Origin: Nemertoderma westbladi | Taxonomy: Eukaryota; Animalia; Xenacoelomorpha | Direction of reading: 5' to 3' | Length of the DNA: 45,464 bases | Assembly (NCBI GenBank): GCA_032718475.1 | Contig: JAUCBJ010006502.1 | Coordinates: forward strand, 1 to 45,464 | Shown here: positions 36,591 to 45,464 of the stretch, in pieces | Layout of the letters: every line of letters starts with the position of its first letter | Numbering within the stretch: position 1 is the first letter of the stretch | Made by a program: the position numbers and the translations under genes | Notes under the pieces: model-generated | Told to the model about the DNA's origin: nothing | The model's database searches: none | What the model saw: only the letters and a program-made list of their open reading frames with translations

Positions 36591-37840
36591 CAACTCTACA
36601 ATAACCATTCTACAATAACCATTCTACAATAACCATTCTACAATAACCATTCTACAATAACCATTCTACTATAACCATTCTACTATAACCATTCTACTAT
36701 AACCATTCTACAATAACCATTCTACTATAACCATTCTACAATAACCATTCTACAATAACCATTCTACAATAACCATTCTACAATAACCATTCTATATAAT
36801 AACCATTCTACAATAACCATTCTACAAAAACCATTCTACAATAACCATTCTACAATAACCATTCTACAATAACCATTCTACAATAACCATTCTACAATAA
36901 CCATTCTACTATAACCATTCTACTATAACCATTCTACTATAACTATTCTACTATAACTATTCTACAATAACCATTCTATATAATAACCATTCTACAATAA
37001 CCATTCTACAAAAACCATTCTACAATAACCATTCTACAATAACCATTCTACAATAAACATTCTACAATAACCATTCTACAATAACCATTCTAATATAACC
37101 ATTCTACAATAACCATTCTACAATAACCATTCTACAATAACCATTCTACAATAACCATTCTACAATAACCATTCTACTATAACCATTCTACTATAACCAT
37201 TCTACAACAACCATTCTACAATAACCATTCTACAATAACCATTCTACAATAACCATTCTACAATAACCATTCGACAATAACCATTCTACAATAACCATTC
37301 TACAATAACCATTCTACAATAACCATTCTACAATAACCATTCTACAATAACCATTCTACAATAACCATTCTACAATAACCATTCTACAATAACCATTCTA
37401 CAATAACCATTCTACAAAAACCATTCTACAACAACCATTCTACAATAACCATTCTACTATAACCATTCTACAATAACCATTCTACAATAACCATTCTACA
37501 ATAACCATTCTACAATAACCATTCTACTATAACCATTCTACAATAACCATTCTACAATAACCATTATATACAATAACCATTCTACAATAACCATTCTACA
37601 ATAACCATTCTACTATAACCATTCTACAATAACCATTCTACAATAACCATTCTACAATAACCATTTTACAATAACCATTCTACAATAACCATTCTACAAT
37701 AACCATTCTACAATAACCATTCTACAATAACCATTCTACAATAACCATTCTACAATAACCATTCTACAATAACCATTCTACAATAACTATTCTACAATAA
37801 CCATTCTACAATAACCATTCTACAATAACCATTCTACAAT
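36591..37840. repeat. 14-bp minisatellite, about 89 copies
   Basis: Unit ataaccattctaca with ctact variants. Confidence 0.97.
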
Positions 37841-38458
37841 TTAATTGCAATGCGTGTATTAATTTCAACTTCCAGATAAATACATTAAAAACTAACTTTA
37901 TATCATCGTCTCCATCAAAAAATTCAGTATGTGAGGTGTGACTGGTAATGAAAATTACTGATGCACTTAAATTGTCATAAAAGTGCGTCATATAATGGAA
38001 ATTCCGGTGATGTATGTTTAATTTTAATGGAATCATACCATTTTTGTTAATATTCAACAGTCAATTATTCATGCACCAGATAACTCTTCTTATTCAAAAG
38101 TCAATATCATTTGGTTTTCACTGTGCTCGCTTGGTTAATAAGAATTATCTGGTTTCTGGTGTGCAGCCTATTTTAGTTTGCATATCAGCTGTATATTGCA
38201 GGTAACTACTGCATAAAAAAACGCCTTTACTATACTGCCGTAGTGCAGTATTGCTGTATTGCGGTACCTGTGACCAGTACTGTCACTGCTGCACTGTCAG
38301 CAGGTCAGACTGTACTCTTTTCTGTACTACTGTACAGAGGGAATTTTAACCTGGCTGGAGGTGAATTTTTAGGGGGGTGTAAATTTTCTGCAACACCGGT
38401 ACTTGTACCGCTTGTTTATCGAACATTCTGACATTCGCGGCCACACACCGCTATCGCT

Positions 38459-38718
38459 ATGGCGTTGTTACCGGCAGCTGCGATATCCCTCCGTTTGACT
38501 CCCCGAGTGAATCCACTAAGAAGGAAGTCGTCGCCGAGGCAACAAACTCTCCGAAACTCTTCGCACTTCACCTACGTACCGGAAGCTCCCCCCGTTCCCG
38601 GGGAAACCCAACGAATGAACTTGTTCCAGTCGGTAACCAGCGCCCTCAGTAACACCCTGGAAACCGACCCGACTGCCATAATATTCGGTGAAGATGTTGC
38701 CTTTGGCGGAGTATTCAG
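38459..38718 (+). CDS. BCKDHB: Branched-chain keto acid dehydrogenase E1 beta, coding exon 1
   Basis: Arg-rich presequence-like N-terminus, then [32 protein letters not shown]; donor AG|gttggc. Confidence 0.93.
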
Positions 38719-39057
38719 GTTGGCAAGAGTAAAAATTACACAGATAGATAGGCGAAAGCGGCTGTTCTTGCTCAGTATAATAACAAACATAAGATGAGGT
38801 CTTCTCTTATGAAATTAATAGGCCTTTATGGGCGTAATATTGCAGTATTATTGATAAATTCCCGGTATATTCTGATATTGAACATGATTTCTATTTTGTT
38901 TAGATTGATATTCTGCTGTGTTATAAATTGAAGGTCATTGTAAACACGTGGGGTAATTTTGTGTGAAGCAATATGATAATAGTGTCTATTAACTAATAAG
39001 TAAAACTGAGAAGTTATGTTACGGGTACCTTTTTAATTAACTTTTGTTTATCCCAAG

Positions 39058-39220
39058 GTGCACGGTTGGTTTAGCTGCTAAGTACGGCAAGGAGAGGGTG
39101 TTTAATACGCCGTTGTGCGAACAGGGTATAGTTGGTTTCGGTATAGGAGTAGCTGTTGCCGGATCTACAGCTATCGCTGAAATACAGTTTGCCGACTACA
39201 TATACCCCGCATTCGACCAG
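39058..39220 (+). CDS. BCKDHB: BCKDH E1 beta exon 2
   Basis: [45 protein letters not shown]; aag| acceptor and |gtaggt donor. Confidence 0.94.
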
Positions 39221-39383
39221 GTAGGTGGTACAAGAGACGAATTGTTTAATTATATCCGAGCTCTGATAACAACCAGTGTAAGTTTGCGTTTTGCGTACTA
39301 CTGACACTGTACCATGAACCATCGCACTATACATTGTTTGCTGCTGATTGCCGCGGATTTACTTTGCAACCGATCTTCCCCAG

Positions 39384-39711
39384 GTAGTTAACGAGGCCTC
39401 TAAGTACCGCTACCGATCGGGTGGTGACTTCGACTGCGGCCGTCTAACGATCCGCGCGCCCAGTGGGGCCGTGGGACACGGGGCGCTGTACCACTCACAG
39501 TCACCCGAGGCCTTCTTCGCCCATGTTCCCGGGGTGCGTACCGTTGTGCCCAGGGGACCCTGCCAGGCTAAGGGACTGCTACTCGCTTGCATTCAGGACG
39601 ATAATCCCTGTATATTCTTCGAGCCTAAAGTTCTGTACCGGTCGGCGGTAGAGGATGTACCGGTGGAGAGTTACACATTGCCGTTGGGGAAGGCGGAAGT
39701 TCTTATAGAGG
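39384..39711 (+). CDS. BCKDHB: BCKDH E1 beta exon 3
   Basis: [53 protein letters not shown]; cag| acceptor and |gtgggt donor. Confidence 0.94.
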
Positions 39712-39894
39712 GTGGGTCGACTAATTAGCAATAAATCATTATTATTTACATATAAATTTACTCCTAAAACCTTAGCGTTTTCATTTAACCAGCCAGACCC
39801 CTTAATAACTTATTTTATACTAAATATTACATATAAAATAATGTACTAGAACACTAGGTGCAAAGTAAAAATAAACAATAAAGACTGTAAGTAG

Positions 39895-40180
39895 GTGCTG
39901 TAACGATTGGTGAAATACGTGTAACGATTGGTTAATTAGTCATAATAATATTAGTTGTAAAACGATTGATACAAGAGCTGTAACGTTTGGGACGTTAACT
40001 GTAACGATTGGGACATTAGCTGTAACGTTTGGGACGTTAACTGTAACGATTGGGACATTAGCTGCAACGGTTGGTTTGGTACAAAAAGCTGTAATGATTT
40101 CTATATTAGCTGTAACGATTGGTACATTTTGCTGTAATGATTTCTTACATTAGCTGTAACGATTGGTACATTTTGCTGTA
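39895..40180. repeat. Degenerate about 20-bp tandem repeat in BCKDHB intron 3
   Basis: Recurring ctgtaacgattgg core. Confidence 0.7.
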
Positions 40181-40245
40181 TGTATGTATGTATTCTGCTC
40201 ACGATATGTAAGAATATTATAACTTCAACCCTTATTTCATCCCAG

Positions 40246-40446
40246 GTCGTGACGTAACGTTAGTTGGCTGGGGAACGCAGGTACAGGTTCTACGGGAGGT
40301 CTGCCAGCTAGCCGAGGAGCGATTAGGAGCGGATTGTGAACTCATAGACCTACGAACCATCGCTCCTTGGGACGTAGACACCGTCTGTAACTCTGTATCC
40401 AAAACCGGTCGTCTAATAGTAGCCCACGAGGCTCCCATTACTGGAG
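40246..40446 (+). CDS. BCKDHB: BCKDH E1 beta exon 4; remaining exon(s) lie beyond the window
   Basis: [49 protein letters not shown]; donor GAG|gtgagt. Not in the ORF track (no start codon). Confidence 0.93.
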
Positions 40447-43400
40447 GTGAGTGTATGAGACTCCCATTACTGGAGGTGAGTGTATGAGACTCCCATTACT
40501 GGAGGTGAGTGTCTGAGACTCCCATTACTGGAGGTGAGTGTCTGAGACTCCCATTACTGGAGGTGAGTGTCTGAGACTCCCATTACTGGAGGTGAATGTC
40601 TGAGACTCCCATTACTGGAGGTGAGTGTCTGGGACTCCCATTACTGGAGGTGAGTGTCTGAGACTCCCATTACTGGAGGTGAGTGTATGAGACTCCCATT
40701 ACTGGAGGTGAGTGTCTGAGACTCCCATTACTGGAGGTGAGTGTATGAGACTCCCATTACTGGAGGTGAGTGTCTGAGACTCCCATTACTGGAGGTGAGT
40801 GTCTGAGACTCCCATTACTGGAGGTGAGTGTCTGAGACTCCCATTACTGGAGGTGAATGTCTGAGACTCCCATTACTGGAGGTGAGTGTCTGGGACTCCC
40901 ATTACTGGAGGTGAGTGTCTGAGACTCCCATTACTGGAGGTGAGTGTATGAGACTCCCATTACTGGAGGTGAGTGTCTGAGACTCCCATTACTGGAGGTG
41001 AGTGTCTGAGACTCCCATTACTGGAGGTGAGTGTCTGAGACTCCCATTACTGGAGGTGAGTGTCTGAGACTCCCATTACTGGAGGTGAGTGTCTGAGACT
41101 CCCATTACTGGAGATTTCGATTGCTGCAAAACTATACAATAGAATTCTATAAAATCGCATCAGGGATCCCATTGAGAGACTGCTACGTGGAAATCAGAAT
41201 GGGTTCCGTAAAGGTCGTGGGACCATGGAGCCCATTTTGGCACTTAGAAGGATAATTGAAGAGTTATCAAAAAAGAAAGACAGGCATCTGGCTGTTATCT
41301 TTGTTGACTTCTTCAAGGCCTTTGATTCAGTCTCTCGCTCACGTATGTTCAGCATACTTTCATTATATGGGATTCCTGATGAAATTATTGCAGCAATCAG
41401 ATCAGTATACGATGGTTCGACAACATTTGTGTCTACTGTTGACGGTGACACAGAACCATTTGAAGTGTTATGGGGCGTCCTCCAAGGAGACACACTTGCA
41501 CCATTCTTGTTCATTATTGTGGTTGACTATGTTCTACGCATGTCCTTAGATCATCATAATGATGATGGGGTGATGATAACTCCACCTACTGGCTCCAGAA
41601 GTCGAGGAAATCCTGCCAAGTACCTAACTGATCTAGACTTTGCTGATGACTTAGGAGTACTCTCAGAATCATTAGAGGGAGCCCAGCGGCTCCTCAGCTC
41701 ATTAGAACATGCTGCTTCTAGTGTTGGTCTTTTTATTAACTCCAGAAAGACCAAAATTCTGACAGTTAACTTTGAAAGTCCTCAGCAAGTCTCTGATCGG
41801 ATGAGCATAAGCTCAAAGGATGGTATGCTTGAGCATGTGGACGACTTCTGTTACCTGGGATCATGGATCCGGAAGTCAGGTGAGGACCTTCGAATACGTA
41901 AGGGAAAGGCATGGGCAGCCTTGAATAGGCTTTCCAGGATTTGGAAGTCACCTAGAATTAATCGGAAACTTAAGGTCCGATTATTTAGAGCAGCAGTAGT
42001 TCCAGTACTCCTCTACGGGAGTCCATGCTGGGCTCTAACTGCTGAGGACACCAAATCTCTGGATGGCACATTCACAAGAATGCTACGCCGGGTACATTGT
42101 GTCAAGTACAATGCACACATCTCCAACCAGACACTATATAACATTGGAGGTGTCTCATTGGTTCCCCCAAGCTTGACACTAGAACAAAATCGCCTCCGCT
42201 TTGCAGGACATTGCTTTCGCCGTGAGGACCAGCCAGTGCATAATCTTGTACTTTGGCAGCCTCATGGAGTGAATAAGCATGGTGGACAGCCCATGACTTT
42301 CTTGAGACGCATCTTAAAGGACACTGGCCTTAAAGATGCGGATGATCTAGCAAATGTCATGGGTGATAGGGAGTTGTGGCGGCGCAATTTTGTTGACAAG
42401 CCGGCACAGCATTCTTAAAAATGCAGCTGCAATGCAGCATGCCGATCCTAGTAGTAGTACTGGAGGTGAGTGTCTGAGACTCCCATTACTGGAGGTGAGT
42501 GTATGAGACTCCCATTACTGGAGGTGAGTGTATGAGACTCCCATTACTGGAGGTGAGTGTCTGAGACTCCCATTACTGGAGGTGAGTGTCTGAGACTCCC
42601 ATTACTGGAGGTGAGTGTCTGAGACTCCCATTACTGGAGGTGAGTGTCTGAGACTCCCATTACTGGAGGTGAGTGTCTGAGACTCCCATTACTGGAGGTG
42701 AGTGTCTGAGACTCCCATTACTGGAGGTGAGTGTATGAGACTCCCATTACTGGAGGTGAGTGTCTGAGACTCCCATTACTGGAGGTGAGTGTCTGAGACT
42801 CCCATTACTGGAGGTGAGTGTCTGAGACTCCCATTACTGGAGGTGAGTGTCTGGGACTCCCATTACTGGAGGTGAGTGTCTGAGACTCCCATTACTGGAG
42901 GTGAGTGTATGAGACTCCCATTACTGGAGGTGAGTGTCTGAGACTCCCATTACTGGAGGTGAGTGTCTGAGACTCCCATTACTGGAGGTGAGTGTCTGAG
43001 ACTCCCATTACTGGAGGTGAGTGTATGAGACTCCCATTACTGGAGGTGAGTGTCTGAGACTCCCATTACTGGAGGTGAGTGTCTGAGACTCCCATTACTG
43101 GAGGTGAGTGTATGAGACTCCCATTACTGGAGGTGAGTGTCTGAGACTCCCATTACTGGAGGTGAGTGTATGAGACTCCCATTACTGGAGGTGAGTGTCT
43201 GAGACTCCCATTACTGGAGGTGAGTGTATGAGACTCCCATTACTGGAGGTGAGTGTCTGAGACTCCCATTACTGGAGGTGAGTGTCTGAGACTCCCATTA
43301 CTGGAGGTGAGTGTATGAGACTCCCATTACTGGAGGTGAGTGTATGAGACTCCCATTACTGGAGGTGAGTGTCTGAGACTCCCATTACTGGAGGTGAGTG

Positions 43401-45464
43401 TATGAGACTCCCATTACTGGAGGTGAGTGTATGAGACTCCCATTACTGGAGGTGAGTGTATGAGACTCCCATTACTGGAGGTGAGTGTATGAGACTCCCA
43501 TTACTGGAGGTGAGTGTCTGAGACTCCCATTACTGGAGGTGAGTGTATGAGACTCCCATTACTGGAGGTGAGTGTCTGAGACTCCCATTACTGGAGGTGA
43601 GTGTCTGAGACTCCCATTACTGGAGGTGAGTGTCTGAGACTCCCATTACTGGAGGTGAGTGTCTGAGACTCCCATTACTGGAGGTGAGTGTCTGAGACTC
43701 CCATTACTGGAGGTGAGTGTCTGAGACTCCCATTACTGGAGGTGAGTGTCTGAGACTCCCATTACTGGAGGTGAGTGTCTGAGACTCCCATTACTGGAGG
43801 TGAGTGTCTGAGACTCCCATTACTGGAGGTGAGTGTATGAGACTCCCATTACTGGAGGTGAGTGTATGAGACTCCCATTACTGGAGGTGAGTGTCTGAGA
43901 CTCCCATTACTGGAGGTGAGTGTCTGAGACTCCCATTACTGGAGGTGAGTGTCTGAGACTCCCATTACTGGAGGTGAGTGTCTGAGACTCCCATTACTGG
44001 AGGTGAGTGTCTGAGACTCCCATTACTGGAGGTGAGTGTCTGAGACTCCCATTACTGGAGGTGAGTGTATGAGACTCCCATTACTGGAGGTGAGTGTCTG
44101 AGACTCCCATTACTGGAGGTGAGTGTCTGAGACTCCCATTACTGGAGGTGAGTGTCTGAGACTCCCATTACTGGAGGTGAGTGTCTGAGACTCCCATTAC
44201 TGGAGGTGAGTGTCTGAGACTCCCATTACTGGAGGTGAGTGTATGAGACTCCCATTACTGGAGGTGAGTGTCTGAGACTCCCATTACTGGAGGTGAGTGT
44301 CTGAGACTCCCATTACTGGAGGTGAGTGTATGAGACTCCCATTACTGGAGGTGAGTGTATGAGACTCCCATTACTGGAGGTGAGTGTCTGAGACTCCCAT
44401 TACTGGAGGTGAGTGTCTGAGACTCCCATTACTGGAGGTGAGTGTATGAGACTCCCATTACTGGAGGTGAGTGTATGAGACTCCCATTACTGGAGGTGAG
44501 TGTATGAGACTCCCATTACTGGAGGTGAGTGTATGAGACTCCCATTACTGGAGGTGAGTGTATGAGACTCCCATTACTGGAGGTGAGTGTCTGAGACTCC
44601 CATTACTGGAGGTGAGTGTCTGAGACTCCCATTACTGGAGGTGAGTGTCTGAGACTCCCATTACTGGAGGTGAGTGTATGAGACTCCCATTACTGGAGGT
44701 GAGTGTATGAGACTCCCATTACTGGAGGTGAGTGTCTGAGACTCCCATTACTGGAGGTGAGTGTATGAGACTCCCATTACTGGAGGTGAGTGTATGAGAC
44801 TCCCATTACTGGAGGTGAGTGTCTGAGACTCCCATTACTGGAGGTGAGTGTATGAGACTCCCATTACTGGAGGTGAGTGTATGAGACTCCCATTACTGGA
44901 GGTGAGTGTATGAGACTCCCATTACTGGAGGTGAGTGTCTGAGACTCCCATTACTGGAGGTGAGTGTCTGAGACTCCCATTACTGGAGGTGAGTGTCTGA
45001 GACTCCCATTACTGGAGGTGAGTGTCTGAGACTCCCATTACTGGAGGTGAGTGTCTGAGACTCCCATTACTGGAGGTGAGTGTCTGAGACTCCCATTACT
45101 GGAGGTGAGTGTATGAGACTCCCATTACTGGAGGTGAGTGTCTGAGACTCCCATTACTGGAGGTGAGTGTCTGAGACTCCCATTACTGGAGGTGAGTGTC
45201 TGAGACTCCCATTACTGGAGGTGAGTGTCTGAGACTCCCATTACTGGAGGTGAGTGTATGAGACTCCCATTACTGGAGGTGAGTGTCTGAGACTCCCATT
45301 ACTGGAGGTGAGTGTCTGAGACTCCCATTACTGGAGGTGAGTGTCTGAGACTCCCATTACTGGAGGTGAGTGTATGAGACTCCCATTACTGGAGGTGAGT
45401 GTCTGAGACTCCCATTACTGGAGGTGAGTGTCTGAGACTCCCATTACTGGAGGTGAGTGTCTGA
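40432..45464 (+). repeat. 29-bp tandem array made from the BCKDHB exon 4/intron 4 junction; about 127 copies, running off the window end
   Basis: Unit ctcccattactggag|gtgagtgt(a/c)tgaga; first copy overlaps the exon; about 23 copies before and about 104 after the RTE insertion. Confidence 0.97.
41114..42457 (+). mobile_element. 5'-truncated RTE-clade non-LTR retrotransposon
   Basis: RT motifs QNGFRKGR, FVDFFKAFDS, GVLQGDTLAP, DFADD, FCYLGS, LLYG and RLRFAGH; very short 3' UTR with (TAG)3 tail; TSD tactggag at 41106-41113 and 42458-42465; one stop at 41150; no endonuclease domain. Confidence 0.93.

Overview
AT-rich metazoan (probably invertebrate) nuclear DNA, not prokaryotic; no rRNA, intact tRNA or CRISPR array seen. 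Four minus-strand exons (19283-19411, 5973-6086, 5689-5832, 5369-5578) encode a contiguous stretch of an axonemal dynein heavy chain most like DNAH6. No other dynein exon was recognised, so the other genes here may be nested in very large dynein introns: an orphan exon at 625-964, a CRAL-TRIO/MOSPD2-like ORF with one internal TAA, GEMIN6, TRIP4/ASC-1 and four exons of BCKDHB. One dynein intron holds a 13-kb BEL/Pao LTR retrotransposon (6239-19205; CACCG TSD; LTRs about 99% identical). It lacks RT and RNase H through an in-frame deletion and carries a decayed extra ORF. It has no tRNA-type primer-binding site; instead the 11 nt after the 5' LTR are complementary to a site inside its own LTR, a possible Tf1-like self-priming signal. 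The BCKDHB exon 4/intron 4 junction has been amplified into a 29-bp tandem array of more than 120 splice-donor copies, with a truncated RTE retrotransposon inserted exactly at one GAG|GT junction. The rest is minisatellites (31, 68, 69, 31, 60 and 14 bp units), several MITEs (one Merlin-like with an 8-bp TSD) and tRNA-derived SINE remnants. Most long ORFs in 19.4-23.2 kb are satellite artefacts. All alignments and family calls were made by eye or from memory.
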